From an uncultured Chloroflexia bacterium (lineage in GTDB: Bacteria; Chloroflexota; Limnocylindria; Limnocylindrales; CSP1-4), in NCBI GenBank assembly GCA_963710105.1, contig CAVPYV010000001.1:1039032-1103031 (forward strand): a DNA stretch of 64,000 nucleotides, given 5' to 3'. Below are positions 41,605 through 50,762 of the stretch, in pieces (position 1 is the first letter of the stretch; the number at the start of each line of letters is the position of its first letter). Position numbers and translations under genes: made by a program. The notes under the pieces were generated by a model. It worked only from the letters and a program-made list of their open reading frames with translations, was not told where the DNA came from and searched no databases.

Positions 41605-42153
41605 ATCGACCTCAATGCCGCCGTCGAGCCGTTCGTCGGAGCGGCCATCGTCGGGCTCACCTTCGCCCTGCTCGTGCTGCTCGTCCTGGCCATCGTCCAG
41701 GCCCGCCGGATGGGCCGGCTGCGGCAGCGCCTCGAGGGCCTCGTCCGCGGTGCCGAGGGGACGAGCCTCGACGCGATCCTCGCGACGCACTTCGACAAGG
41801 TCGACGCGGTCGCCCGCGAGCTCGACGAGCTGTCGGCCCGGTCGGCGATCCTCGAGTCGTCCGGCCGGCGGGCGATCCAGCGGGTCGGCATCGTCCGGTT
41901 CAACCCGTTCGAGGACACCGGCGGCAACCAGAGCTTCGCCCTCGCCCTGACCGACGCGGCGGGCAGCGGGTTCGTCCTCAGCAGCCTCCATTCGCGGTCC
42001 GGCACCCGGGTGTACGCCAAGGCCGTCACCGCCGGCCGGTCCGACGGCGCCCTCTCGGAGGAGGAGGCCGAGGCGCTGCGCCTGGCGATGGCCGCCCCGT
42101 CGGCGGCGCCGGGCGGGTCCGATCGGGCGCGACCGAGCGCCAGGCCGGCTTGA
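41605..42153 (+). CDS. DUF4446-family membrane protein; probable non-canonical ATC start
   Basis: The track ORF starts at the GTG at 41674, in the middle of the only TM helix. Reading upstream in frame gives IDLNAAVEPFVGAAIVGLTFALLVLLVLAIVQARRMGRLR, which restores a full TM helix. No ATG, GTG or TTG is available there. The ATC at 41605 lies 7 nt after a perfect GGAGGA. The C-terminal region IQRVGIVRFNPFEDTGGNQSFALAL fits DUF4446. Confidence 0.6.
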   Translation: MDLNAAVEPFVGAAIVGLTFALLVLLVLAIVQARRMGRLRQRLEGLVRGAEGTSLDAILATHFDKVDAVARELDELSARSAILESSGRRAIQRVGIVRFNPFEDTGGNQSFALALTDAAGSGFVLSSLHSRSGTRVYAKAVTAGRSDGALSEEEAEALRLAMAAPSAAPGGSDRARPSARPA

Positions 42154-42190
42154 CAGCCTAGGTGGCACGGGCCTCGATGATGATCGCCGC

Positions 42191-45100
42191 ATGGCCCCCG
42201 ATCCGACATCCCCTCCGGCATCCCGTCCCGTCACGATGAGCCGCTCCCGCGGGCGGCGCGAACCGGTCCCCCTCGAGCAGATCCCTGTCTGGGAGGGCTT
42301 CGGCCCGCTCGCGCCGGCGACGCCTTCCGGGGACCCGCCGGCCGGCCTGGACGCGCTCCTCGGCGGGCTCAACCCGGAGCAGCTGAAGGCCGTCACCCAC
42401 GGCGAGGGGCCGCTCCTCGTCGTGGCCGGCGCCGGGACCGGCAAGACGCAGGTCATCACCCGGCGGATCGCCTGGCTGATCGCGACGCGGCGCGCCCGGC
42501 CGTCCGAAATCCTCGCCCTGACCTTCACCGAGAAGGCCGCCGCGGAGATGCAGGTCCGCGTCGACCAGCTCGTCCCGTACGGCTACACGGACACCGCGAT
42601 CGGCACGTTCCACGCCTTCGGCGACCGACTGATCCGGGAGTACGCCCTCGAGCTCGGGCTGCCGTCGGACGTCCGCGTCCTCAGCCGCGCCGAGACGGTG
42701 ATCTTCCTGCGCGAGCACCTCTTCGCCTTCGAGCTGGAACGGTACCGGCCGCTCGGCGACCCGACCCGCTTCCTCGGGGCGCTCGCGACCCTGTTCAGCC
42801 GCTGCAAGGACGAGGACGTCGCGCCGGAGGCCTACGCTGCCCATGCCGCCGGACTCGCTGCAGCGGCGAGCGCCGCCCCGGAGGACGCCGTGCTCGCCGA
42901 GGAGGCCGAGCGCCAGGGCGAGCTGGCGCGCGCCTACGCCCGCTACCAGGAGCTTCTCGAGGCGAACGGCTGCATCGACTTCGGGGACCAGGTGGCGCTC
43001 GCGCTCCGGCTGGTCCGGACCTCGGCGGCCGCCCGAGCGGAGATCCAGGGCCGGTTCCGGTACGTCCTCGTCGACGAGTTCCAGGACACCAACCGGGCCC
43101 AGTCCGAGCTCGTCTCGATCGTCACCGACCGCCATCGCAACCTGACCGTGGTCGGCGACGACGACCAGTCGATCTACCGCTTCCGCGGCGCCGCGATCAG
43201 CAACATCCTCGGATTCCGCGACCGCCACCGGGACGCGCGGACGATCGTCCTGCGCCGCAACTACCGCTCGCGGCCGGCGATCCTCGAGGCGGCCCACCGG
43301 CTCGTCCGGTTCAACGACCCGGACCGGCTGGAGGTCCAGGCGGGGATCAGCAAGCGGCTCGTGGCCGAGCGGGGGATCGATCCCGCGGGCCGCACCGTCC
43401 GGCTCGAGACGCATCCGTCCGGCCACGACGAGGCCGATCGGATCGCGGCCGAGATCGCCGCCCGGATCGCGGCCGGGACGGCCCCCCGCGACGTCGCGAT
43501 CCTCGTCCGCGCCAACGGCCACGCCGACCCGATCCTGCGCAGCCTCGACGCCGCCGGCGTGCCGTGGCGGTTCTCCGGCACCTCCGGGCTGTACGCCCGG
43601 CCGGAGGTCCGCCGCCTGCTCGCGTTCCTGCGGGCGATCGCGGACCTCGGCTCCTCGGTCGACCTGTACGCCGTCGCCACCGGCGAGCCCTATCACCTCG
43701 GGGGCGAGGACCTGACGGCGATCGTGACGAGCGCGCGGCGGCGCAACCGGACGCTCTGGGAGGTTATCGAGGAGCTCGAGCGGCAACCGGGGATCCTCCG
43801 GATCGGCGCCGCCTCGCGCACCGCGGTCGGGCGGCTCGTGGCAGACCTCCGCGAGCTCTCCGCACTCGCCCACGAGCGACCCGCCGGGGAGGTGCTCTAT
43901 GCCTTCCTGCGGCGGTCCGGGACGCTCACCCGCCTCGCCGCCGAGGCGACCGTCGGCGCCGAGGAGCAGCTCCGCAACGTGGCCCGCTTCTTCGACATCG
44001 TCCGGGCCCAGTCGTCGCTCCTGGCGGACGACCGGGTCACGTTCGTCGCGGGCCACCTCCAGACGCTGATCGAGGCGGGCGACGATCCAGCCACCGCGGA
44101 TCTCGACCCGGACGCGGACGCGGTCGCGGTGCTCACCGTCCACAAGGCGAAGGGCCTCGAGTTCCCGATCGTCTACCTCCCGGGTCTCGTCGCCGGTCGC
44201 TTCCCGATCCCGAACCGCCGCGATGCGCTGGCGCTGCCGGCGGTCCTCGCCGACGCCGTCGACGGCGCGGAGGAGGAGATCCAGCTCCGCGAGGAGCGGC
44301 GGCTGTTCTACGTCGCGATGACCCGGGCCCGCGACGAGCTCGTCCTGTCGCACGCCGTCGACTACGGCGGCGTCGGGGTCCGCCGCCTGTCGCCGTTCGT
44401 CCTCGAGGCGCTCGACCTGCCGCCGACCGCCGTGGACCCGGCCGTGACGGCGACCAGCGCCCTTGCCCGGATCGACGCCGCCGGCATGGCGGTCGCCCCG
44501 GTCCGGACCGCCGTGGAGCCCGGACCGAGCGGCGAGCCCCTGACGCTGTCCTTCTCGGGCATCGATGCGTACCTCAGCTGCCCGCTCCGCTACAAGCTCG
44601 GGCACGTGGTCCGCCTTCCCGTGCCGCCGCACCACGCGATGATCTACGGGTCCGCGCTCCATCGGGCGGTCCAGGAGTTCCATCGGCGCCACGCCCGCGG
44701 CGAGGTCATGACCGACGAGGAGCTCGGCGCGGCCTTCGAGGCGGCCTGGACGAACGAGGGGTTCCTCTCGCGCGATCACGAGGACGCCCGGCTGGATGCC
44801 GGTCGGGAGACGCTCCGCCGCTTCCGCGCCGCCCAGCTCGAGCCGGGGGCCGTGATCCCGGCGTACGTCGAGCGGGAGTTCAGCTTCGCCCTCGGTGGCG
44901 ACCGGATCCGCGGTCGCTGGGACCGGGTCGACATCGAGTCGGCGGCCGAGCCCGGCGACGCTCCGATCGCGTCGGCGAGCGAGCCGCCCGCGCCGTCGGC
45001 GGACACGATCGCCCCGACCTTCGAGCTGACCGGCCGGGAGCGGGTCACGATCACCGACTACAAGACGAGTGACGTCCGGGACACGGCGAAGGCCCGCCAG

Positions 45101-45370
45101 CGGGCGCGAGAGTCGCTCCAGCTCCAGATCTACGCGATGGGCTACGAGGCGGTCAGCGGCCGCCTGCCCGACGCGCTCCAGCTCCACTTCCTCGACACCG
45201 GGGTCACCGGCCGGGTCGAGGTCGATCCGAAGCGGCTGACGAAGGCGCGCGCCAGGATCGCGTCGGCGGCGGCCGGCATCCGCGCCCGCGAGTTCGCCGC
45301 CAAGCCGGACCGGACGACGTGCGGCTACTGCCCCTTCAAGTCGATCTGCCCGTCCAGCGTCGCACCGTGA
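42191..45370 (+). CDS. UvrD/PcrA-type SF1 helicase fused to a C-terminal PD-(D/E)XK nuclease with a Cas4/AddB-like 4-Cys cluster
   Basis: 1059 aa. Helicase motifs: I VVAGAGTGKTQ, II VLVDEFQDTN, and VAMTRARDELVLS. Nuclease motifs: IRGRWDRVD, VTITDYKTS, QLQIYAMGY. Cysteines: YLSCPLRY plus CGYCPFKSIC. Confidence 0.85.
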   Translation: MAPDPTSPPASRPVTMSRSRGRREPVPLEQIPVWEGFGPLAPATPSGDPPAGLDALLGGLNPEQLKAVTHGEGPLLVVAGAGTGKTQVITRRIAWLIATRRARPSEILALTFTEKAAAEMQVRVDQLVPYGYTDTAIGTFHAFGDRLIREYALELGLPSDVRVLSRAETVIFLREHLFAFELERYRPLGDPTRFLGALATLFSRCKDEDVAPEAYAAHAAGLAAAASAAPEDAVLAEEAERQGELARAYARYQELLEANGCIDFGDQVALALRLVRTSAAARAEIQGRFRYVLVDEFQDTNRAQSELVSIVTDRHRNLTVVGDDDQSIYRFRGAAISNILGFRDRHRDARTIVLRRNYRSRPAILEAAHRLVRFNDPDRLEVQAGISKRLVAERGIDPAGRTVRLETHPSGHDEADRIAAEIAARIAAGTAPRDVAILVRANGHADPILRSLDAAGVPWRFSGTSGLYARPEVRRLLAFLRAIADLGSSVDLYAVATGEPYHLGGEDLTAIVTSARRRNRTLWEVIEELERQPGILRIGAASRTAVGRLVADLRELSALAHERPAGEVLYAFLRRSGTLTRLAAEATVGAEEQLRNVARFFDIVRAQSSLLADDRVTFVAGHLQTLIEAGDDPATADLDPDADAVAVLTVHKAKGLEFPIVYLPGLVAGRFPIPNRRDALALPAVLADAVDGAEEEIQLREERRLFYVAMTRARDELVLSHAVDYGGVGVRRLSPFVLEALDLPPTAVDPAVTATSALARIDAAGMAVAPVRTAVEPGPSGEPLTLSFSGIDAYLSCPLRYKLGHVVRLPVPPHHAMIYGSALHRAVQEFHRRHARGEVMTDEELGAAFEAAWTNEGFLSRDHEDARLDAGRETLRRFRAAQLEPGAVIPAYVEREFSFALGGDRIRGRWDRVDIESAAEPGDAPIASASEPPAPSADTIAPTFELTGRERVTITDYKTSDVRDTAKARQRARESLQLQIYAMGYEAVSGRLPDALQLHFLDTGVTGRVEVDPKRLTKARARIASAAAGIRAREFAAKPDRTTCGYCPFKSICPSSVAP

Positions 45371-46212
45371 CGGCGACCCGGACGCTCGCCGGTGTGACGG
45401 CGATCACCTTCGACTTCGGCAACACCCTCGTGCCGGTCGGCCGGGCCGCCCTGCACCAGGTCGTCGAGCTGACCGCGGACGCGATCTGCGGCCGGTGGTC
45501 CGACCTCGACCGGACCGCGTTCCTCCGGGCCTGGGCGGAGGAGCGCGAGCGCCAGTTCCGCGAGGAGGTGCCGCAGTTCCGCGAGGTGGACCTCGCCGAG
45601 CGGCTCGTCCGGGTGCTGGCCCGGCTGCGCGGCATGGACCCACCGCCGCCGGAGGAGCGCTGGGACCAGGCGCGGGCGGCGGAGCGCTCCGACCCCGCCG
45701 ATGTCGCGTGGTGCGTGGAGCGATACAGCCGCGCCTTCGTTGACGGGCTGCCCGCCGAGCCCGGCGTCACGGCGCTCCTCGCCCGGCTCGCCCGCGACCG
45801 CGACCTCGCGATCCTGTCCAACTGGCCGCTCGCCGCGACGATCGACCGCTACGCGGAGGCCAGCGGCTGGCTGCCCTTCCTCCGGGCGATCGTCGTCAGC
45901 CAGCGGGTCGGCACGATCAAGCCGCGGCCGGAGATCTTCGAGGCGGCGCGGGTCGCGCTCGGCCTGCCCGCGCCGGGCTCGGTCCTCCACGTCGGCGACG
46001 ACTGGGCCGCCGACGTCGTCGGCGCCCACGCGGTCGGCTGGCGGACGGCGTGGCTGGCGTCGCGGCCCGAGGAGTCGCCGCTGCCGGCCAGCGTGCGCGA
46101 TGACACGGTCGAGCCAGATCTCATCCTCCAGTCGCTGGGTGAGCTCGAGGCGCATCTCGCACCGGTCCGTCGTGCGACCGCTGCAGGGCAGGGGAGGGCG
46201 GTCGGGCGATAG
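45367..46212 (+). CDS. HAD-superfamily hydrolase
   Basis: The GTG at 45367 overlaps the helicase stop (GTGA). Motifs: ITFDFGNTLV, ILSNWP, IKPRPEIF, HVGDDWAADVVGA. Confidence 0.75.
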   Translation: MTATRTLAGVTAITFDFGNTLVPVGRAALHQVVELTADAICGRWSDLDRTAFLRAWAEERERQFREEVPQFREVDLAERLVRVLARLRGMDPPPPEERWDQARAAERSDPADVAWCVERYSRAFVDGLPAEPGVTALLARLARDRDLAILSNWPLAATIDRYAEASGWLPFLRAIVVSQRVGTIKPRPEIFEAARVALGLPAPGSVLHVGDDWAADVVGAHAVGWRTAWLASRPEESPLPASVRDDTVEPDLILQSLGELEAHLAPVRRATAAGQGRAVGR

Positions 46213-46318
46213 GGCATTCACCCGATTGGCGGCGACCTCCGGTGATGCGAGCATGCACCGCCCGGCCGGCGCAGTCGGCGGGGAATGACCCTCTGGGGCA
46301 CGGAGGACGGGATCGCCG

Positions 46319-46756
46319 ATGGCAGGCGGCTCGGCGGGGAGGCCTGCCGGCGAACACGCGGGGGCCGAGAGGATCGGCGCCTTTGTCGTGCTCGTCGTCG
46401 ACGATGAGCCCCTCGTCCGGGCCTACGTCGCCCGGGCCCTGACGCTGGCCGGCATGGACGTCGCGGTCGCGGCAGACGGGCGCGAGGCGCTGCGCCTGGT
46501 GGCCGACGGCCGCGTCCACCCGACCGTGGTCGTGACCGACATCGAGATGCCGGGGATGACCGGGATCGAGCTCACGGCTCGTCTGCTCGCGATGCGTCCG
46601 ATGCTGCGGGTCGTGATGATGACCGGCGACCCCGATCGGGCCGACGCCGCCCGCGGTCACCCTTCGATCGTGGACGAGGTCCTGATCAAGCCCGTGCGCG
46701 CCGAGGACCTCGTCGAGGCGGTCCGGCCGACCTCCGATCGGAGCCCGGTCGGATGA
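46319..46756 (+). CDS. Single-domain response regulator (CheY-like receiver)
   Basis: The canonical residues are present: VVDDEP, VVTDIEMPGMTG, VVMMTG, LIKPV. The start is uncertain (ATG at 46319 or GTG at 46388). Confidence 0.85.
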   Translation: MAGGSAGRPAGEHAGAERIGAFVVLVVDDEPLVRAYVARALTLAGMDVAVAADGREALRLVADGRVHPTVVVTDIEMPGMTGIELTARLLAMRPMLRVVMMTGDPDRADAARGHPSIVDEVLIKPVRAEDLVEAVRPTSDRSPVG

Positions 46757-47229
46757 CCGGCGAGAACCTGCTGCGCCCGGCGGCGCGGACCGCGACGACC
46801 GCCTGGCTGTCGCGGTGGCCGCTGCGGGGCCGGGACCCCCTAGACTCGCTCGTGATGGAAGCGCGCGACCGGTTGACGAACCTGGGGTTGTTCGCCGCCG
46901 CGGGCGTCCTCTGGATCCTCGTCGCCCTCGTCGTCACGACCCGGGACCCGCGAATCGACCCTGCCGCGGGCTTTGTCGGCGCCGTCCTGATCGGCCTGGC
47001 GATCGGGCTGACCGTGGTGCCGCTGTTCTGGCTGGCGGTGTTCGCCCGCCACCGCCGAATCGCCTATCGTGGGGACTGGAGCCGGGCGTTCCGGCGCGGC
47101 GGCTGGGTCGCCGTCGTCAGCGCCGTCTTCGTCATCCTCCGCCTGCAGGGAGCGTTCGCGCCGGCGCTCGCGCTGTTCATCCTGGCGCTCGTCGTCCTCG
47201 TCGAGTCCGTCCTGTCCGTCGAGCGCTGA
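46753..47229 (+). CDS. Membrane protein (4 predicted TM helices), translationally coupled to the response regulator
   Basis: Its start overlaps the receiver stop (ATGA). The N-terminal 34 codons keep G/C in the third position in 33 of 34 codons, so I keep the long start. The alternatives, GTG at 46852 and ATG at 46855, sit just after a TAGACT hexamer (46841-46846). Confidence 0.55.
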   Translation: MTGENLLRPAARTATTAWLSRWPLRGRDPLDSLVMEARDRLTNLGLFAAAGVLWILVALVVTTRDPRIDPAAGFVGAVLIGLAIGLTVVPLFWLAVFARHRRIAYRGDWSRAFRRGGWVAVVSAVFVILRLQGAFAPALALFILALVVLVESVLSVER

Positions 47230-47275
47230 TCGCCCGCCGGGTCCGGCGGCGGCGACACGGACACAGGGAGGTCGC

Positions 47276-48526
47276 GTGGATCAGTCGTCTTTCGAGCCGG
47301 CATCTCGCCGCGCCGCCCCGACCGGGCCGCTCGCGGCGTTCGCGCCGGCCGAGCCCCAGGCGGCGCTGAAGACCCGCCTCGCGGCGGCCGTCGATGCGTC
47401 CCGCGCCGAGATCCTCGAGCTGTCGCACCAGATCCACGCCCATCCCGAGCCCGCCTTCGAGGAGACCCAGGCGGCGACGTGGATCGCGGCCGTGCTCGCC
47501 CGCCACGGGTTCGCGGTCGAGCATCCGGCGGGCTCCCTCGTGACCGCGATCCGGGCGACCCGCCGCGGGGGCCGGGGCGGCCCGGGCCCGCGGATCGCGG
47601 TGCTCGCCGAATACGACGCCCTGCCGGGCCTCGGCCACGGCTGCGGCCACAACACAATGGCCGCCTCGGGGGTCGGCGCCGCGATCGCGCTCGCCGCCAT
47701 CGCCGACGAGCTGCCCGGCGAGATCGTCTTCCTCGGGACGCCGGCCGAGGAGCGCGGCAGCGGCAAGCAGATCATGATCGACGACGGCCTGTTCGCCGGG
47801 ATCGACGCCGCCCTCCTCTTCCACCCGTGCGATCGCAACCACGTCGAATCGCAGCCGCTCGCGTCCGAGGACGTCGAGGTCGTGTTCCACGGCCTCCAGG
47901 CGCACGCGGCCGCCGATCCGTGGAAGGGCCGGAACGCGCTCGACGCGATGATCCTGCTGTTCAGCTCGGTCGGGCTGTGGCGGCAGCAGCTGCCGACCGC
48001 CGCCCGCGTCCACGGGATCATCCAGGAGGGCGGGACCGCGGCGAACATCATCCCCGACCGGACGCGGGCCTGGTTCATGCTCCGCAGCCCCGACCAGGCC
48101 GAGTACGAGGCGATGAAGGCCCGCTTCCGCGACCTCGCCGCCGCCGCCGCGCTCGCGACCGGGACAACCGCCGAGGTCACGTTCAGCGGCGGGGCGATGA
48201 CGATGAAGCAGAACACCCTGCTCGAGGCCCGCTGGGTCGCGAACGCCGCGGCCTACGGGATCGTCGACGAGGGTCCCGACGCGAACTCCGGCAGCACCGA
48301 CATGGGCAACGTCAGCTGGGTCTGCCCGACGATCCACCCCGAGCTGGCGATCGCGCCGGAGGGCACGCCCGGCCACTCGATCCTGTTCCGCGACGCGGCC
48401 GCGACCCCGGAGGCGGACGCGACGACGCTCCTGGCGGCGACGCTCGTGGCCCAGACCGCGGTCGAGCTGTTCGCCGACACGGAGCTCGTCGCCGCGGCCT
48501 GGCGCGAGTTCCGCGGCGAGGGCTGA
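47276..48526 (+). CDS. M20-family amidohydrolase/peptidase (M20D, AbgB-like)
   Basis: The GTG at 47276 follows AGGGAGG. Motifs: HQIHAHPEPAFEE, EYDALPGLGHGCGHN, GTPAEERGSGK. Confidence 0.8.
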   Translation: MDQSSFEPASRRAAPTGPLAAFAPAEPQAALKTRLAAAVDASRAEILELSHQIHAHPEPAFEETQAATWIAAVLARHGFAVEHPAGSLVTAIRATRRGGRGGPGPRIAVLAEYDALPGLGHGCGHNTMAASGVGAAIALAAIADELPGEIVFLGTPAEERGSGKQIMIDDGLFAGIDAALLFHPCDRNHVESQPLASEDVEVVFHGLQAHAAADPWKGRNALDAMILLFSSVGLWRQQLPTAARVHGIIQEGGTAANIIPDRTRAWFMLRSPDQAEYEAMKARFRDLAAAAALATGTTAEVTFSGGAMTMKQNTLLEARWVANAAAYGIVDEGPDANSGSTDMGNVSWVCPTIHPELAIAPEGTPGHSILFRDAAATPEADATTLLAATLVAQTAVELFADTELVAAAWREFRGEG

Positions 48527-48563
48527 CCGCGGATCCGATCCCGCCGGAACCGGCGAGGTCGGG

Positions 48564-48572
48564 TGGTAGGAT
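48564..48572 (+). promoter_or_regulatory. Extended -10 TGgTAGGAT upstream of the ureohydrolase gene (predicts a ~105-nt leader)
   Basis: TGGTAGGAT is at 48564-48572 and the start codon at 48684. Confidence 0.3.
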
Positions 48573-48683
48573 GGCCGCGGCGCGCCCCGCTGGACGCTCG
48601 GACCGAACCGGCGGCGCCCCAGCGAGACGACGGCATTCCGCCGCCGCTCCCCGGAGTGGTGCGATCGTCTCCCCGGAGGACCC

Positions 48684-49838
48684 GTGGCCGAGCGTCCCCG
48701 CCAACCCCGTCCCGACCCGACCGCCGCGGTCGACTACGCCCGCCTGAACGGCTGGGATGGCGACTGGGAGACCTACAGCGATTTCGACCTGCCGACCTAC
48801 GTCGGGCCGACGACGTTCATGAACCTGCCGTGGATCACCGACCCGGCCGAGCTCCGGGCGCGGGCGGTCGACGTGGCGATCGTCGGCGCCCCGTTCGACG
48901 ACGCGGTCAGCCACCGGCCGGGCGCCCGGTTCGGGCCACGGGCGATCCGCGAGGCGCAGTACACGTCGGGATCGATCCACTCGCTCCAGCTCGGCGTCGA
49001 GCCGTTCGAGCTGCTGAACGTGGTCGACGCCGGGGACGCCAACATCGTGCCCGCCTGGATCGAGCGGGGCCACGCGCTGATCCACCGCAAGGTCCGCGAG
49101 GTCGCCGCGACGGGCGCGATCCCGATCGTCCTCGGCGGCGACCACTCGATCACGTGGCCGAGCGCCACCGCCGTCGCCGAGGTCCGCCGGCCGGGGAGCA
49201 TCGGGATCGTCCACTTCGACGCCCACGCCGACACCGCCAACGACGACTGGGGCGTCCTCGCCGGGCACGGCACGCCGATGCGCCGACTGATCGAATCCGG
49301 CGCCGTCGATGGCCGGAACTTCATCCAGGTCGGGCTCCGCGGCTACTGGCCCCCCGTCGAGACGTTCGAGTGGATGAAGGAGCACGGGCTGCGCTGGCAC
49401 TTCATGACCGAGGTCGAGGAGCGCGGCGCGGAAGCCGTCATCGACGACGCGATCGCCGAGGCGCTGGACGGGCCCGATTCGATCTACCTGAGCCTCGACA
49501 TCGACGTGGTCGATCCGGGGCTCGCCCCGGGCACCGGGACGCCCGAGCCGGGCGGGTTCATGAGCCGCGAGCTGCTCCGGGCGATCCGCCGGATCGTGGC
49601 CCAGGTGGACCTCGCGGGCATGGACATCGTCGAGGTCTCGCCGCCGTACGACCATGCCGAGGCGACGGCGATGATCGCCAATCGCGCCGCGCTCGAGGCG
49701 ATCAGCGCCCTCGCCGTGAAGCGCCGGGCGGGCCTGCCCGTCCGGTACGCCGGGCCGGGCACGATCGAGCCGGCCGGCGACGCGCGGGACGCGGGCGAGC
49801 GGGGCGACCCGCCCGACAGGGGATCGGCCCCCGGATGA
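48684..49838 (+). CDS. Ureohydrolase (agmatinase / guanidinobutyrase family)
   Basis: Motifs: GPTTFMNLPW, IVGAPFDDAVSHRPGARFGP, LGGDHSIT, HFDAHADT, SLDIDVVDPGLAPGTGTPEPGG. Confidence 0.85.
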   Translation: MAERPRQPRPDPTAAVDYARLNGWDGDWETYSDFDLPTYVGPTTFMNLPWITDPAELRARAVDVAIVGAPFDDAVSHRPGARFGPRAIREAQYTSGSIHSLQLGVEPFELLNVVDAGDANIVPAWIERGHALIHRKVREVAATGAIPIVLGGDHSITWPSATAVAEVRRPGSIGIVHFDAHADTANDDWGVLAGHGTPMRRLIESGAVDGRNFIQVGLRGYWPPVETFEWMKEHGLRWHFMTEVEERGAEAVIDDAIAEALDGPDSIYLSLDIDVVDPGLAPGTGTPEPGGFMSRELLRAIRRIVAQVDLAGMDIVEVSPPYDHAEATAMIANRAALEAISALAVKRRAGLPVRYAGPGTIEPAGDARDAGERGDPPDRGSAPG

Positions 49839-50677
49839 CGTCCCGATCGGCGCGCCGGGCCGGTTCGCCGGACCCTGGGGCCGGGTCGGTCGCGGAGCCG
49901 TCGGCCGTGAGCCGCGCCCTTGCCCGCCTGTACGACCTCGATCTGGTCGAGGACCCGGGCGATGTCGACCTGTACCTCGCCCTCGCCCGGCGAACGGACG
50001 GACCGGTCCTCGAGCTCGCGGCCGGCACCGGTCGGGTCGCGGTCCCGCTCGCCGCCGCGGGTCACGACGTGACCGCCGTCGACATCGACCCGGCGATGCT
50101 CGAGCGGGCGTTCGCCCGGGCCCGCGGCGGCCGCCGACCAGCGGGAACGCTCGAGCTCGTCGAGGCGGACCTGCTCGACCTCGACCTGCCGGCCGCCGGC
50201 ACGTTCGGGCTCGCGTTCATCGCCCTGAACTCGCTGTTCCTCCTGGCGACCCGCGACGATCAGCGGCGGGCGCTGCGGACGATCGCCGGCCACCTCGCCC
50301 CGGGCGGGCTCGCCGCGATCGACGTCTGGCTCCCCGAGCCCGCCGACCTGGCGCGCTTCGACGGGCGGATGATCTTCGAGTACGCGCGACGGGAGCCCGA
50401 GACGGGCCACGAGGTCACGAAGGTCGCCACGGCCCGCTACGACCCGACGACGGCGATCGTCGACCTGACCGTGATCTACGAGGAGGGGCCGCCCGGCGCG
50501 CCGCCCGCCCGCTGGATCCGCCGTGACGCGCTGCGCCTGGTCGGGGCGGAGGAGCTCCGGGCCATGGCCGAGGACGCGGGCCTCGTCGTCGAGGAGGTCG
50601 GCGGCGACTACGACCTCGCCCCGATCGGCCCCGGCAGCGAGCGGGCGATCCTGATCGCGCGCCGCCAGGAGGGGTGA
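49835..50677 (+). CDS. Class I SAM-dependent methyltransferase
   Basis: Its start overlaps the ureohydrolase stop (ATGA). Motif I is VLELAAGTGRV, followed by DVTAVDIDPAML and LAPGGL. Confidence 0.8.
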   Translation: MTSRSARRAGSPDPGAGSVAEPSAVSRALARLYDLDLVEDPGDVDLYLALARRTDGPVLELAAGTGRVAVPLAAAGHDVTAVDIDPAMLERAFARARGGRRPAGTLELVEADLLDLDLPAAGTFGLAFIALNSLFLLATRDDQRRALRTIAGHLAPGGLAAIDVWLPEPADLARFDGRMIFEYARREPETGHEVTKVATARYDPTTAIVDLTVIYEEGPPGAPPARWIRRDALRLVGAEELRAMAEDAGLVVEEVGGDYDLAPIGPGSERAILIARRQEG

Positions 50678-50753
50678 CGCCGGTCCGTCCCGCGCCTGCC
50701 GGCGGAGAATGACGGATTGGGACTTCCGGGTCGGATGCCCGGCCCGAACGGCT

Positions 50754-50762
50754 TGGTACACT
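50754..50762 (+). promoter_or_regulatory. Extended -10 TGgTACACT, 8 nt before the ATG at 50771 (leaderless-type)
   Basis: TGGTACACT is at 50754-50762 with no SD. Codons upstream of 50771 in the track ORF have poor GC3 (GGA, CTT, GGT, GTA). Confidence 0.45.

Noticed and set aside
48573-48683. Guanidine (ykkC-type) riboswitch upstream of the ureohydrolase gene
   Set aside because: I could not find the conserved ykkC core elements as I remember them (the GGGA/ACGR-type conserved loops). It stays only as an unexplained leader.
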